Positions 10,794 to 24,304 are shown, counted from the stretch's first letter. The stretch is DNA of 64,000 bases from an uncultured Methanolobus sp. (GCA_963675495.1 OY776215.1:2368001-2432000), one strand, 5' to 3'. Notes: generated from the letters alone by a model not told the origin. Numbers and translations: made by a program.

Positions 10794-12059
10794 TCATTTG
10801 AGGTTTGCTTCATAAGCAAGCAATGTTTTCTCAATATCATCTTCGGTATGTGCAGTTGAAATGAAATTTGTTTCGAATTGTGATGGTGGGATGAAAACTC
10901 CGCTATCAAGCATCTTGAAGAAGAATTTAAGGTATCCTTCCTTATCGCATTTGAGAACGTCCTGGTAGTTCAGTGGCTTGTCGCCAAAGAATATTTTGAA
11001 CATGGACGCAAGACCAACGACATTGTAATCAAGTCCCTTGTCTGCTACTATTTCAGACAATCTGTTTCTCATCATGTCACCGGTGGCATTGAGGTTCTTA
11101 TGAACTTCTTCTTTCTCGAGCACTTCAAGAACTGTAAGTCCTGCTGCAACTGAGGCTGGGCTTCCACTAAAGGTTCCTGCCTGGTACACGCTTCCGGAAG
11201 GTGCTATCATCTCAAGGATCTCCTTCTTCCCTCCGAAAACTCCTATTGGCAGTCCGCCACCGACAATCTTGCCGAGTGTTGTCATATCAGGTGTTACTCC
11301 GAAATATTCCTGTGCTCCTCCCATTGCAAGCCTGAAACCGGTGATCACTTCGTCGAAGATCAGAACTACATCGTTCTCTTCTGTGACTTTTCGTACATCC
11401 TTAAGGTAATTGCCGTCAGGAAGCACAGGGCCGATGTTGCCCATTACTGGTTCTATGATGAGTGCTGCAAGGTCATCCTGATTTTTCTCAATGACTGCTG
11501 TAAGTGCCTCTATGTCATTGAATGGCACCTGAAGTGTATTTTTTGTGAAGTCCTCAGGTATTCCAAGAGAGTCTGGTTTTCCAAGTGTTGTTGCGCCAGA
11601 ACCGGCTTTTACCAGTACTGCATCGTGTGCTCCGTGGAACCCACCTTCTATCTTGATGAATTTATTCTTGCCTGTGAATCCCCTTGCTGCACGAAGTGCA
11701 CTCATGGTTGCTTCAGTTCCTGTGGAAACAAACCTGAGCATGTCTATACTGGGGTACAGTCTTGTTATCTTTTCTGCAAGATTTACTTCAAGCTCAGTTG
11801 GGGTTCCATATAGCCAGCCCTTTTCAAGCTGTGATATTATTGCCTGCTTGATAGTTGGGTTTGAGTGTCCGAGTATATTCGGGCCATATGCAAGACAGTA
11901 ATCAATGTACTCATTACCATCGATATCCTTGATTTTTGAACCGCTTGCCGATTCAGTGTAGAATGGGTATGGTTTGATAGCTCGTACCGGACTGCTGACT
12001 CCTCCTGGAATGAGGGTTCTTGCTTTATTGTATAGATCTCTGGACTTATCTAGTGACAT
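10794..12059 (-). CDS. hemL: Glutamate-1-semialdehyde 2,1-aminomutase
   Basis: [37 protein letters not shown]. Confidence 0.97.
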   Translation of the reverse strand: MSLDKSRDLYNKARTLIPGGVSSPVRAIKPYPFYTESASGSKIKDIDGNEYIDYCLAYGPNILGHSNPTIKQAIISQLEKGWLYGTPTELEVNLAEKITRLYPSIDMLRFVSTGTEATMSALRAARGFTGKNKFIKIEGGFHGAHDAVLVKAGSGATTLGKPDSLGIPEDFTKNTLQVPFNDIEALTAVIEKNQDDLAALIIEPVMGNIGPVLPDGNYLKDVRKVTEENDVVLIFDEVITGFRLAMGGAQEYFGVTPDMTTLGKIVGGGLPIGVFGGKKEILEMIAPSGSVYQAGTFSGSPASVAAGLTVLEVLEKEEVHKNLNATGDMMRNRLSEIVADKGLDYNVVGLASMFKIFFGDKPLNYQDVLKCDKEGYLKFFFKMLDSGVFIPPSQFETNFISTAHTEDDIEKTLLAYEANLK

Positions 12060-12074
12060 ATAAACACCTTGTAA

Positions 12075-13049
12075 TTATTTTAACATTTGAGCCATATCCT
12101 TGGCAAAATAGGTAATTATCATATCGGCACCTGCGCGCTTTATTGACAGGAGGGATTCGTACATGGCCGCTTTCTCGTCGAGCCATCCGTTCTGGGCTGC
12201 TGCCTTGAGCATTGCATACTCTCCGCTGACATTATAAGCTGCAGTTGGGATTTCGAATTCGGTCTTGAGGCGGTATATTATATCTAAGTATGGAAGCGCC
12301 GGTTTAACCATGATTATGTCGGCACCCTCTTCAATATCAAGAGCCGCTTCCATGAGTGCCTCATCTGAGTTTGCAGGGTCCATCTGGTGGGTAGACCTGT
12401 CCCCGAAGCAGCATCCTGATCCGGCTGCATCCCTGAAAGGTCCGTAGAATGATGATGAATATTTTGCAGCATAGGACATAATAGGGGTATTATGAAATGA
12501 GTTATCATCGAGTGCACTGCGGATTGCGCCTATCATACCATCCATCATTCCGGACGGTGCTACCATATCGGCACCTGCTTTTGCATGGCTTACTGCTGTC
12601 TTTCCCAATAGTGGCAGTGTGGGGTCGTTCATTATCTCTTCTGTATCATGATCCACCATTCCACAATGTCCATGGCTGGTGTATTCACAGAGACAGACAT
12701 CAGTGATTACAAGCATGTCTTTGCCAAGTTCACTTTTTATCTCACGAACTGCGCGTTGTACCACATCATCGTCACCCCATGCACTGGTTCCGTCTTCATC
12801 TTTTGTTTCCGGTATGCCAAAAAGAATCATTGCTGGTATGCCAAGATCCGCAGCTTCTTTTGCATCATCTGCTATCTTTTCCACCGGTACATTAAAGACA
12901 CCAGGCATGGATGATACTTCACTGGGCGAGTCGATCGTTTCATTGACAAACACAGGATATATCAGGTCATTGACCGACAACGAAGTTTCGCGTACCAGGT
13001 CTCTTATCTTGCCACTTCTCAGTCTTCTCATTCTGCGCTCGGGGAACAT
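12075..13049 (-). CDS. hemB: Porphobilinogen synthase
   Basis: [31 protein letters not shown]. Confidence 0.97.
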   Translation of the reverse strand: MFPERRMRRLRSGKIRDLVRETSLSVNDLIYPVFVNETIDSPSEVSSMPGVFNVPVEKIADDAKEAADLGIPAMILFGIPETKDEDGTSAWGDDDVVQRAVREIKSELGKDMLVITDVCLCEYTSHGHCGMVDHDTEEIMNDPTLPLLGKTAVSHAKAGADMVAPSGMMDGMIGAIRSALDDNSFHNTPIMSYAAKYSSSFYGPFRDAAGSGCCFGDRSTHQMDPANSDEALMEAALDIEEGADIIMVKPALPYLDIIYRLKTEFEIPTAAYNVSGEYAMLKAAAQNGWLDEKAAMYESLLSIKRAGADMIITYFAKDMAQMLK

Positions 13050-14326
13050 TTTACCATCTCATCCTTAACTTTTGTATTTAAGTTGGATTTATTAACGTTA
13101 AACAATTTACCCACTGCATCCAACAGTTCATCATCGCCTATTTCGGCTGCATATCTCAGGACTTTTGTGGGTTCTGCAAGAATCTTATTTATTATTGAGT
13201 GGGTAAGATCCTCAATTATTTTACTCTCGGTCTCGCCAATCGTGTGATATGCACTCAATTTAGTTACTGCCTTCTCTTTTTCCTGTATGCGGAGCTTGTA
13301 TGATTGTGCATACAGCTCGGATACGAGATAGTCTGCTTTTTGTTGTTTGTACTGTTTATTGAGTAGAGTGAATTCTTCTTCAATTATTTCCTGGGCTTTT
13401 TTAGCCTCTTCCATTCTCAGTTCGAGATTCTTCTCATTGATGACTCTCAGGTTATCTATATTATATAGGGTGACATGGGGTATGTCTGTGATCGAAGGGT
13501 CGATATCCCTTGGATTTGCGATATCTATCAAGAGGATTTCTTTTTCCCTGTAACTCATGGCCTTTTCAACCTGTTCGTATTTCAGGACAAAGTGTGGCGC
13601 ACCTGTTGCACTGATGACTACATCTGCTTTCCTCAGATTCTCGTCTATCTGGTCAAAGTGTACTGCATGTCCTCCCATTTCATCAGCAAGTTCTTTTGCT
13701 GCTTCATACGTGCGGTTAGCAATATACATCAGCTCAATTTCCCTGTGAGAAAGTGCACGTGTGACAAGTGCTCCCATCTCTCCTGTGCCGATAACAAGTA
13801 CCATCTTGTCCTTGAGATTTCCCACTGTTTCCTCAGCAAGGTCTACAGAGGCAGATGCAATTGAAAGTGCTCCACGGTTGATCTCAGTTTCAGTTCTCAC
13901 ACGTTTGCCGACCTGAATCGCTTTGCTGAATGCGGTATCCAACATCTTTCCGGTAGTTCCTAGCTTCTTTGCAACCAGGTAAAGGTCCTTTATCTGGCCA
14001 AGAATCTGGTCTTCTCCTATTATCATAGACTGAAGTCCACTTGCCAGTTTTAACAGATGCATTATGGATTCTTCGTGATCAAAAAAGTCAATAATGTTAG
14101 AAGAAAGTCCCATTTTCTTTGCGAATTGGAATAGAACACTGCTTCCCTTTGGGGAAACAATGTATATTTCCACGCGATTACAGGTCTTAAGTACTACACA
14201 TTCACAGACCAGATCATTGGAATGTAGATCCTTCAGCATATTCTCGATGTCCCCATCCCATGCTTCCTCGATTTCCTCTACAGTTGCTTTGGAATGGGTG
14301 ATCACCATACTGGTTATTTCAGTCAT
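13028..14326 (-). CDS. hemA: Glutamyl-tRNA reductase
   Basis: [28 protein letters not shown]; GAGGTG RBS before ATG 14326. Confidence 0.96.
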   Translation of the reverse strand: MTEITSMVITHSKATVEEIEEAWDGDIENMLKDLHSNDLVCECVVLKTCNRVEIYIVSPKGSSVLFQFAKKMGLSSNIIDFFDHEESIMHLLKLASGLQSMIIGEDQILGQIKDLYLVAKKLGTTGKMLDTAFSKAIQVGKRVRTETEINRGALSIASASVDLAEETVGNLKDKMVLVIGTGEMGALVTRALSHREIELMYIANRTYEAAKELADEMGGHAVHFDQIDENLRKADVVISATGAPHFVLKYEQVEKAMSYREKEILLIDIANPRDIDPSITDIPHVTLYNIDNLRVINEKNLELRMEEAKKAQEIIEEEFTLLNKQYKQQKADYLVSELYAQSYKLRIQEKEKAVTKLSAYHTIGETESKIIEDLTHSIINKILAEPTKVLRYAAEIGDDELLDAVGKLFNVNKSNLNTKVKDEMVKCSPSAE

Positions 14327-14378
14327 GGGCACCTCATGTTAATATAATAATTCAAGTGGAAGTGGATATGGTACATGT

Positions 14379-15053
14379 TCATCTAACTTTCTCGCTTATT
14401 TTCTTCGTTACTATATCCTGTGCTATTTTAAACCCTTTTTCATAGGATTCTTTCAGCGCAGCCCATACCTTTTCATTTTCAAGTATATCCCACAATATAT
14501 CTTTTCTATCTCTCTGATCAGGAACTTCATTCTTCAGGTACGTCCTCATCTCATCCTGTATCCTAATCATATCTGCAAATTCAGGAGTGATAATTTTCTC
14601 TACCTGCTGTCTTGTGAATCTGGAAAATGCAGGGCTTGATCCTGTTGTGGAAATGCTGATGGTTAGTCCTCCACGCTTAATTACAGCAGGAACTGTTACA
14701 TCTCCAATGGCATCTACTTCATTGGTTAGAATTCCATAAGTTTTTGAAAGATTTACTATTCTTTCGTTTATGCTTCTGTCATTGGTTGCCGGTATCACAA
14801 GAAAAGCTTCTTTTATGATGTCATTTATGTCTGCATCGGTGAGCTTTCCGACATCTGCCCCGATAAGTGTAACATTGTTCTTGCGTTCAAGCTCGCAAAA
14901 AGTATCGGAAAAACTGCGGCTAACAACTGTCACAGGTGCATATGCTGAGAACAGGTTAACTTTTCTTTCTCCAACCGATCCACTTCCAAAAATAACGACC
15001 TTCTTGTCGTTCATATCTATCAGCAGTGGCAGGAAGTGGTTCTTGTCTTTCAT
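14379..15053 (-). CDS. sirC: Precorrin-2 dehydrogenase / sirohydrochlorin ferrochelatase
   Basis: GSGSVGERK nucleotide-binding motif, ISTTGSSP; within heme operon. Confidence 0.88.
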   Translation of the reverse strand: MKDKNHFLPLLIDMNDKKVVIFGSGSVGERKVNLFSAYAPVTVVSRSFSDTFCELERKNNVTLIGADVGKLTDADINDIIKEAFLVIPATNDRSINERIVNLSKTYGILTNEVDAIGDVTVPAVIKRGGLTISISTTGSSPAFSRFTRQQVEKIITPEFADMIRIQDEMRTYLKNEVPDQRDRKDILWDILENEKVWAALKESYEKGFKIAQDIVTKKISEKVR

Positions 15054-15113
15054 ATCTCCATCTCCGAGAATAATTGCCTTCTGCTTTTTCTGTAAATTAG
15101 TTAAAGATTGCGA

Positions 15114-15572
15114 TTATAATCTAACTCCAGTTTTCTTGAATTCCCTGTCACTAAAAAGAAGTTTGTAATCTTTGATGTCTGTGGCTTTTGATATCCTTGC
15201 TGCAACCTCATAACATTCTTCACTGGTATATGAGTGCACCATTGTGAAAAGGTTATAATCCCATCCATGGGCTCTTGGCCTTTCATAGCAGTGTGTGACC
15301 TCTGAAAAGCCTGCCATGATCGTTCCTACTTCCTCTGTCCTCTCATCAGGTACGTTCCAGACACACATGGCGTTTGCAATAATTCCAATATCCCTATGGC
15401 CGATGGATGCGCCGAACCTGCGGATGACTTCTTCTTCCTTCATCTTTTTGAGGCGATCGATGATCTGCTGTTCGCTGATTCCAAGTTCACTGGAGATGTC
15501 TGCAAATGGTGATCTTTTAATTGGGATGCCGTTCTGTGTCAGTTTTATTATCTTCTCATCAATGTCATCCAT
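15114..15572 (-). CDS. ahbB: Siroheme decarboxylase beta subunit
   Basis: Lrp/AsnC-like fold, VTHCYER...WDYNLFTMVH. Confidence 0.9.
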   Translation of the reverse strand: MDDIDEKIIKLTQNGIPIKRSPFADISSELGISEQQIIDRLKKMKEEEVIRRFGASIGHRDIGIIANAMCVWNVPDERTEEVGTIMAGFSEVTHCYERPRAHGWDYNLFTMVHSYTSEECYEVAARISKATDIKDYKLLFSDREFKKTGVRL

Positions 15573-15576
15573 TTTA

Positions 15577-16032
15577 TCACCTGATGTTAAATCTGACTCC
15601 TATCTTGAACAGTTTTTTTGTAGGCAGGTCGATGAATTCAAGTCCTGTTCTTTCCTGAAGTTCTTCCAGTATACTGTCTATCCTTTCTCTGTCAGGTGCG
15701 GAGATTGTGAACCAGATATTAAATTTCTCAGGACGGTGGTAGTTGTGGGATACTTCCTGATATTCATTGATGTAACCTGCAACCTCATCCACTTTATCTT
15801 CAGGGACGGTAACCGCTACGAGGGTACTTGTGCCGCCAATTCCTTTGCGGTTGATGATAGGCCCTATTTTTCTGACTGCTCTTTCACTTTGCAGTCTCTC
15901 AAGCCTTTCGATCACTTCGTCTTCACTGATACCCAGTTTCTCTCCCAGCGTTTGAAACGGTTTTGTTTCCAGTGGAAAATCAAATTGTATTGTATTGAGT
16001 ATCTTCTTATCAATATCATCAAGTAATATCAT
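15577..16032 (-). CDS. ahbA: Siroheme decarboxylase alpha subunit
   Basis: Lrp/AsnC-like fold, VSHNYHR...FNIWFT, KLFKIGVRF. Confidence 0.9.
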   Translation of the reverse strand: MILLDDIDKKILNTIQFDFPLETKPFQTLGEKLGISEDEVIERLERLQSERAVRKIGPIINRKGIGGTSTLVAVTVPEDKVDEVAGYINEYQEVSHNYHRPEKFNIWFTISAPDRERIDSILEELQERTGLEFIDLPTKKLFKIGVRFNIR

Positions 16033-16037
16033 TAAAA

Positions 16038-17084
16038 TCACTGTTTTTTAGGTACGTATACACAATAAGGCTCTTCTGCCAGATAGTCTCCGGTAGCAGC
16101 ATAGGCACGTGCACGACAGCCCCCGCATACTGTATTATATTCGCACCTTCCACATTTTCCTTTAAGCTTGGAAACATCACGCAGGTCGTTGAATACTTTA
16201 GAGTTTTCCCAGACATCTTTGAAAGTCTTCTCTTTTATGTTCCCTGCCAGTACAGGAAGGTATCCGCATGGGAAAACATCTCCGGTACTTGATACAAAAC
16301 AAAATCCAGTTCCGCCAAGGCAACCTTTTGTCATTGCTTCATAACCGTGTGTCTTCACACTGATCTCAATACCTTCTTTCTCTGCTCTCTGGCGCATTAT
16401 TCTAAAATAATGTGGCGCACATGTGGCTTTGAGCTGAATACCTGCATCCTTCTGCCTGTCGTAGAACCAGTTTAGTATCCTTTCGTATTCTATGGGTGGT
16501 ATCTCGTCATTCTCAAGTTCCTTACCCCTGCCTGTGGGGACCAAAAGGAATATGTGAAGAGCATCGGCACCGAGATCCTTTGCCATTTCAAGTATTTCCG
16601 GGATTTCATCTATGGTGCGCTTTGTGATCGTGGGGTTTATCTGAAAGCTTACTCCTGCCTTTTTCAGAGTTTCTATTCCGGATACTGCGCCATCGAATGC
16701 TCCTGGCATGCAACGGAAGTCGTCGTGGGTCTTTGAACTTGAGCCGTCAAGGCTGATGCTGACCCTCTGTATGCCGGCACTTTTAATCTTCTCTGCTATT
16801 TCGGGTGTAACCAGTGTCCCGTTGGTGGCCATGGCTACACGGAGGCCTTTTTCGGTGGCATATCTCGCGATTTTGAATATGTCTTCCCTTACAAGCGGCT
16901 CACCTCCGCTCAGAATGAGGATGGGATCTCCCATCTCTTTTATCTCATCTACGAAATGGAATGCTTCTTCTGTTGTGAGCTCGCCTTCTGGTTTTTTTTC
17001 AGTGGATGACCCTCTGCAATGTTTGCATGAAAGGTTACATCCTGCTGTTGTTTCCCAGGCTATAAGTCTTGGAGGTTTTACCAT
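16038..17084 (-). CDS. ahbD: Radical SAM heme b synthase (Fe-coproporphyrin III decarboxylase)
   Basis: CNLSCKHC, TCAPHY, SPASM cysteines (GCLGG...PCGY...GKCGRC...CGGCRARA); heads the ahb/hem operon. Confidence 0.88.
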   Translation of the reverse strand: MVKPPRLIAWETTAGCNLSCKHCRGSSTEKKPEGELTTEEAFHFVDEIKEMGDPILILSGGEPLVREDIFKIARYATEKGLRVAMATNGTLVTPEIAEKIKSAGIQRVSISLDGSSSKTHDDFRCMPGAFDGAVSGIETLKKAGVSFQINPTITKRTIDEIPEILEMAKDLGADALHIFLLVPTGRGKELENDEIPPIEYERILNWFYDRQKDAGIQLKATCAPHYFRIMRQRAEKEGIEISVKTHGYEAMTKGCLGGTGFCFVSSTGDVFPCGYLPVLAGNIKEKTFKDVWENSKVFNDLRDVSKLKGKCGRCEYNTVCGGCRARAYAATGDYLAEEPYCVYVPKKQ

Positions 17085-17286
17085 AGTTGATCATGAGGTT
17101 TTTTTGTTCGTATGTTTACCTATATATAGGATGGAACTATACTAGTGCACACCCATATTAATACTTGATTATCAGGTAAAATCCGTCAATGTACACATTG
17201 GTTCATACGTGTTCGTTTATTGTTGCAAGGGTTCTTCTTAATGCAAATGAACGGCAAAGGTTAACCTGATATAGAGGTGATTCTTT

Positions 17287-17394
17287 ATAGGCGCGTTAGA
17301 AATTGCATTCGCGATCACATGGATTACATTGTCAGTATATGTCGCATACATATTGCGTTCCCGAATGAGGGTAATGTGTCAATGTCGCAAATGA
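17287..17394 (+). CDS. Putative CcmD-like single-TM heme exporter subunit (apparent ATA start)
   Basis: GAGGTGA RBS then ATA-GALEIAFAITWITLSVYVAYILRSRMRVMCQCRK-TGA directly upstream of ccmE; below ORF-track length cutoff. Confidence 0.6.
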   Translation: MGALEIAFAITWITLSVYVAYILRSRMRVMCQCRK

Positions 17395-17422
17395 CGAGAT
17401 AATGTCATAATGAGGTGCTTTT

Positions 17423-17803
17423 ATGGATAAAAAACAGAAAACTGTTCTTGCAGTTGCTTTCATTGCCATTGTTGGTTTTGTGGGTCTCTGGAATGTGGAC
17501 CTTTCCCAAGGTTATCCTATGATCTCGGAGTTATCTGAAAATTCCGATAAATACGTGGGACATGACGTTAACACCATGGGTACTATCAAGAACGAAACTC
17601 TGGATATATCCACCGATGGTACTTTCTTTATGCTTCAGGATCTTGAAGATCCCTCTTTTGAAATGCATATTGAATACACAGGCTCGCTCCCGGCTAATGT
17701 GGTAGAAGGACAAAGTATTAGCATAAGCGGGAAAATGGTGTCTGGTGGAATTATTGAGGCGAATAGGATCGTGGTGAGTTGTCCTTCTAAATACTCAGAA
17801 TGA
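17423..17803 (+). CDS. ccmE: Cytochrome c maturation heme chaperone CcmE (CxxxY type)
   Basis: N-terminal TM, YTGSLP...EGQ...G OB-fold pattern, C-terminal CPSKY. Confidence 0.88.
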   Translation: MDKKQKTVLAVAFIAIVGFVGLWNVDLSQGYPMISELSENSDKYVGHDVNTMGTIKNETLDISTDGTFFMLQDLEDPSFEMHIEYTGSLPANVVEGQSISISGKMVSGGIIEANRIVVSCPSKYSE

Positions 17804-17816
17804 TTGGACGGTATAT

Positions 17817-18686
17817 ATGATACAAATAGAGAGTCTGGAAGAATACCAGCTTATCAAAGAGACCAAGGATGGGATGGTCCGGTCCATGGATGATAAGTCC
17901 CAGATGAAGAAGATGCTTCTTCATATATGTAGTTCCGGTGGTAAAAATATCAGGCCTGTAATGCTGGTGTTATGTACAGAGATGTGCGGTGGCGATTCCC
18001 GGGCTAGTATCAATGCAGCGCTTGCTATTGAATTTATCCATTCTGCTTCTCTTATACATGATGATGTTCTTGACGGTGGTCTTGTACGCAGAGGTGTTGA
18101 ATCAGCACATGAAAAATATGGTATTCCTGCCGCTATTCTTTGCGGGGACTTTTTGATATCTAAGGCTATATCCCTTATCTCCGGGTATGGTAACAATGCT
18201 GTAAATGAATTTGGCAGAGCCGGAATGTATATGGCTGAAGGTGAGACCATTGATATTTCCAGTGTGGATGAAGAGTTCAGGGAAAAAAACTATTATGAGT
18301 GCATCAGTAAAAAAACCGGTTCACTTTTTGCTGCAAGTGCTGCAATAGGCGCGTATGTTGCAGATGCAGACGAAGCCACTGCATTGAAACTAAGGTCCTT
18401 TGGTGAGGCTGTAGGTAATGCATACCAGATCGTTGATGATCTTCTTGAGTACCTTAACAGACTTGAAGATAAAAACTCCACTTATGAATCTGTAACACTA
18501 CCTCTTATTTACCGCAGAGTAATGGACCATGACTCGGCTGTGGAGAAAACACTGGAGCATGTGCGAGATTGTGTGCAGAGTGCAAAAGATATTCTTGCTT
18601 CTTTCCCCTCTTCAGATGCAAGGAATAAACTGGAGCGTATAACTGATCTTATTACAGTTGATATGCTCCCTGGGGACATTCTTTAA
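17817..18686 (+). CDS. Polyprenyl diphosphate synthase (geranylfarnesyl-PP synthase-like)
   Basis: GGKNIRP, FARM DDVLD..RRG, KKTGSLF, second motif DDLLE. Confidence 0.88.
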   Translation: MIQIESLEEYQLIKETKDGMVRSMDDKSQMKKMLLHICSSGGKNIRPVMLVLCTEMCGGDSRASINAALAIEFIHSASLIHDDVLDGGLVRRGVESAHEKYGIPAAILCGDFLISKAISLISGYGNNAVNEFGRAGMYMAEGETIDISSVDEEFREKNYYECISKKTGSLFAASAAIGAYVADADEATALKLRSFGEAVGNAYQIVDDLLEYLNRLEDKNSTYESVTLPLIYRRVMDHDSAVEKTLEHVRDCVQSAKDILASFPSSDARNKLERITDLITVDMLPGDIL

Positions 18687-18711
18687 TTTTATTCAATTAT
18701 CAGGTGACTTC

Positions 18712-19902
18712 ATGAGGGTTTATGATAAATCAGTAGTCAAAGTAAATGCAAGTACTGAAAACGGAAAAGTGGTTCTTGATGCCGAAGGTCCATTAGCTCC
18801 CGTTGCGAAGCCAATTTTAAAGAGGATCAACAAGATCTTCCTGGAAGAAAAACCGATATGTGCAAACGAGGAAAACATTATATTTTCAACATGGGCTCCT
18901 CCGATGCCAGGTGAGATATTCAACAGGATGATCAGTGCACAGGTGGCTTCTATTTTAAAGAAAAGGATACCTGATCAGTTCTCTATAGGAATTACCACAC
19001 ATTGTCCCTATGATTGTATCCATTGTGGTGCGGCTGACATTGTAGCAGACCCGATTCTTACATACGATGAGATCAATAACGCCATCCAGCAAGCAATTGA
19101 TCTTGGTTCTTACTACATAGCTTTTGATGGTGGGGAGACCTTGCTCAGGAAGGATTTTGCGCAAATGGTTGCACAGGTGGACAAGACTCGTGCGATAGCT
19201 ACCTGTTTCACATCAGGGTTTAGCTTGAACGAACAAAGGGCTAAGGATCTGAAGGCAGCAGGTCTTTTTGCTGCACACATGAGCCTGGATAGCCCGGATG
19301 AAGCTGAACATGATCGTGTAAGGGGGCGTGAAGGTGCTTTCAAGAACACTGTAGATGGCATAGAACACATTGTGAATGCGGGCATTCTTGCCGATCTCTT
19401 TGTGGTTGTTTCTCCTCATAACATCGATGACCTTGATGGTTTCTATAATTTCGCAGCTGATATGGGTATGCAGGAAATGTCTATTTATGAGATCATAGCC
19501 GTTGGTAGATGGATGGATCATGAGGATGAGGTCATTACCTCTAAAGATGTTGATCGTCTTGGCAAGTTCCAGAGTTCAATGAACAAAAAAGAAGAGGGGC
19601 CAAGGGTCACTTCCTTCCCTAATTTTATGGGTCCTGATCAGTTCGGTTGTTTTGCAGGCCGAAGGTGGATGCATGCAACAGCTGGTGGGGATGTTCTCCC
19701 ATGCGCATATACTCCTCTGTCATTTGGAAATATTCGTGAGGAAAAGCTTTCCGCAATATGGGATAGGATGGGGCAGCATGAAGCATACAAATGTTCTGCT
19801 GAATATTGCATGATGCGCAACCCTGAATTTAGGAGCAATTATATCCATAGCATACCCGAAGGAACTCAACTTCCGCTTCGACTCGATAAGTCTATGCATT
19901 GA
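18712..19902 (+). CDS. Radical SAM protein with C-terminal SPASM/twitch-like cysteines, function unknown
   Basis: CPYDCIHC, GGE, CFAG...PCAY...C...C; AGGTGA RBS before ATG 18712. Confidence 0.88.
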   Translation: MRVYDKSVVKVNASTENGKVVLDAEGPLAPVAKPILKRINKIFLEEKPICANEENIIFSTWAPPMPGEIFNRMISAQVASILKKRIPDQFSIGITTHCPYDCIHCGAADIVADPILTYDEINNAIQQAIDLGSYYIAFDGGETLLRKDFAQMVAQVDKTRAIATCFTSGFSLNEQRAKDLKAAGLFAAHMSLDSPDEAEHDRVRGREGAFKNTVDGIEHIVNAGILADLFVVVSPHNIDDLDGFYNFAADMGMQEMSIYEIIAVGRWMDHEDEVITSKDVDRLGKFQSSMNKKEEGPRVTSFPNFMGPDQFGCFAGRRWMHATAGGDVLPCAYTPLSFGNIREEKLSAIWDRMGQHEAYKCSAEYCMMRNPEFRSNYIHSIPEGTQLPLRLDKSMH

Positions 19903-20118
19903 GTTCTAATACCATTTATTAGCTATGGATAATTGGAAACAATACCCAAGGACAACATTAAGAACATTTAATGGCAATCAATTCCTGCCATTTTAATGAT
20001 AAATCATTATCATTTCCTGATTGTTAGCATCCAGAAAACCGAATACTTTATATGTGAGTTAGCAGTAGGAGATGATGATTTATCGAGATAATTAGCAATT
20101 CATCACATGAGGATTAGC

Positions 20119-20437
20119 ATGGCCAAAGAAAAAATCTTGTCGGAAATCAAAGAGGCAGAGGACAATGCACGAAAAATGGTTGACGACGGTATCAAAAGAA
20201 AAAATGACCGTATCGCCAATGCACGTACCGAGGCCAGGGAAATCATTAATCAGGCCGAGGTTGATGCACAGAAATCTGCACAAAGTGCAATGAAATCTGC
20301 AGAAGAGTCTATCAAATCAGATAAAGAAAAAATCATCGAGGATGGGACTAATGAAGCTGGAGCAATTGCCGGTTCAACTTCATCCAAGGTCGATGAAGCT
20401 GTTGAATTAATTGTAAACGAGTTCGAGAGGGCAATCC

Positions 20438-20445
<8 letters not shown>
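20119..20445 (+). CDS. ahaH: A1AO ATP synthase subunit H
   Basis: ILSEIKEAE coiled coil; first gene of the aha operon. Confidence 0.9.
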
Positions 20446-22620
<2,175 letters not shown>

Positions 22621-22622
<2 letters not shown>

Positions 22623-22653
22623 TTTAAGAGCGTGTATTTCGCTCTTAAATTTT
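22621..22653 (+). terminator. Perfect 12-bp stem-loop between ahaK and ahaE
   Basis: AATTTAAGAGCG-TGTATTT-CGCTCTTAAATT followed by TT. Confidence 0.6.
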
Positions 22654-22668
22654 CCAGAGGTGTTGAGC

Positions 22669-23220
22669 ATGGGACTTGAAACTGTTGTTAAAGATATCAT
22701 GGATGCTGCTCAGTCAGAGGTTTCCAAATTGGATTCCGAAGCAGATGCAGAAGTTTCCCTGATTCTGGACGAAGCTAAGCAGAATGCTAAACGGATTATG
22801 GGTGAACGTCTCGCAAAAGCAGAAGATGATGTTAAAAAAATCAGGCAGCAAGAAATATCCAGTGCAAATCTTGAAGTGAAGCGCACATTGCTCAATGCAC
22901 GCAAGGAGATACTTGATAAAGTATATGTCCAGGCTGTAGAAACCATATCCACATTCTCTCCAGAGAAAAATGAAGAACTCCTTAAAAGCCTCATAGAATC
23001 CTATGAGTCAAGCGGCAATAATATTTATTCCAACGCTGAATCTGAGGAGATTGTAAAGAAGTTGTCTTCACTTGAATACACTGGCAACATTGATTGTCTT
23101 GGCGGTATTGTTATCGAGAATGAAGACGGTACTATCAGATTGGATTATACTTACGATGGCATCCTTAAAAGCGTGAATGAGCGGTTGTTGAAACAGACAT
23201 CTGATATTTTATTCGGGTGA
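22669..23220 (+). CDS. ahaE: A1AO ATP synthase subunit E
   Basis: MGLETVVKDI..., DCLGGIVIE...LDYT; operon position. Confidence 0.94.
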   Translation: MGLETVVKDIMDAAQSEVSKLDSEADAEVSLILDEAKQNAKRIMGERLAKAEDDVKKIRQQEISSANLEVKRTLLNARKEILDKVYVQAVETISTFSPEKNEELLKSLIESYESSGNNIYSNAESEEIVKKLSSLEYTGNIDCLGGIVIENEDGTIRLDYTYDGILKSVNERLLKQTSDILFG

Positions 23221-23227
23221 TTTTTAA

Positions 23228-24304
23228 ATGCAACTGTTGCAGAAATTTAAGCGTGGTGGCTCTAAAAAGACGAAATCAAAGGGTCATGCAAACTACGCGT
23301 ACACCACTGCGCGTGTACGTGCAATGAAAAGTAAGATCCTGCCTAAAGAGACCTACCCCAGGCTCATGAACATGAGCATTGATGAAATTACCAGGTTCAT
23401 TGAAGAATCTGAGTATAAAGAAGATGTTGATGAGTTGGCGAGGCAGTATGAAGGCGCAGATCTTATCGAACATGCACTTAACAGGAACCTTGCTGTAACC
23501 TTCACAAAATTACTTGCTATCTCTGAAGGCGATGTGAATTTCCTTGTTGGTGAGAAACTTAAGCAGTATGATATTTGGAATATAAAGACTATTCTCCGTG
23601 GTAAATACTGTAATGCTTCTACAGAGGAGATCCTTGATGCTCTTGTTGCAGCAGGAAGGTTTAGTTATACTTACCTTTCAGACCTTGCGGCAAAAGACAC
23701 TTATGAGGATATTATCTCTGAGCTTGCAAATACTGAGTATTACTCCATACTGAAGAATTATGATGGTACAAATCTTTCGGATATCGAGAATCAACTCGAT
23801 ATAATTTACTACGCTGGGCTTTTTGAGGTAGTAGGCGAATCAAAATCCAAAGATCGCAAGTTGTTTGCGAGATTTATCCGGATGGGCATTGATATGAAGA
23901 ACCTTACAACGCTTTTCCGCTTGAAGAAATCCGGAATTACAGATCCTGATATGATGGGTCTGATGGTAGAGGGTGGACTCAAGTTAAAGCTTAAGGATAT
24001 CGAGAGATTAATGCCTCTTTCCTTTGCAGATTTTATCTCAGAGCTTGAGAAGAATCCATATTGGGATGTTATTTCAGATGTTGTAAGTCCGGATATGGTT
24101 TCATTGATCGATGTTGAGAGCCGACTGAAAAAACACAGGCTTAAATCTGCAGCAAGCTTTTCACATGTTTATCCAATCTCAATTGTACCAATTATGGATT
24201 ATATGCTAACTAAGAAGAATGAGATCAACAACTTGCGGATAATTATACGTGGCAAAGCCGCCAACCTCGATGATGAACTTATCAAGGAACAGTTGGTGAT
24301 CTGA
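23228..24304 (+). CDS. ahaC: A1AO ATP synthase subunit C
   Basis: [25 protein letters not shown]. Confidence 0.94.
   Translation: MQLLQKFKRGGSKKTKSKGHANYAYTTARVRAMKSKILPKETYPRLMNMSIDEITRFIEESEYKEDVDELARQYEGADLIEHALNRNLAVTFTKLLAISEGDVNFLVGEKLKQYDIWNIKTILRGKYCNASTEEILDALVAAGRFSYTYLSDLAAKDTYEDIISELANTEYYSILKNYDGTNLSDIENQLDIIYYAGLFEVVGESKSKDRKLFARFIRMGIDMKNLTTLFRLKKSGITDPDMMGLMVEGGLKLKLKDIERLMPLSFADFISELEKNPYWDVISDVVSPDMVSLIDVESRLKKHRLKSAASFSHVYPISIVPIMDYMLTKKNEINNLRIIIRGKAANLDDELIKEQLVI

Noticed and set aside
15295-16026. 243-aa plus-strand ORF and the many other antisense ORFs in the track
   Set aside because: Shadows of well-supported genes on the opposite strand, without protein motifs.
18712-19902. 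Calling this radical SAM AhbC
   Set aside because: It lacks the full C-terminal CxxC...CGGCRARA-type SPASM pattern seen in AhbC/AhbD and has a different N-terminal extension; left unassigned.
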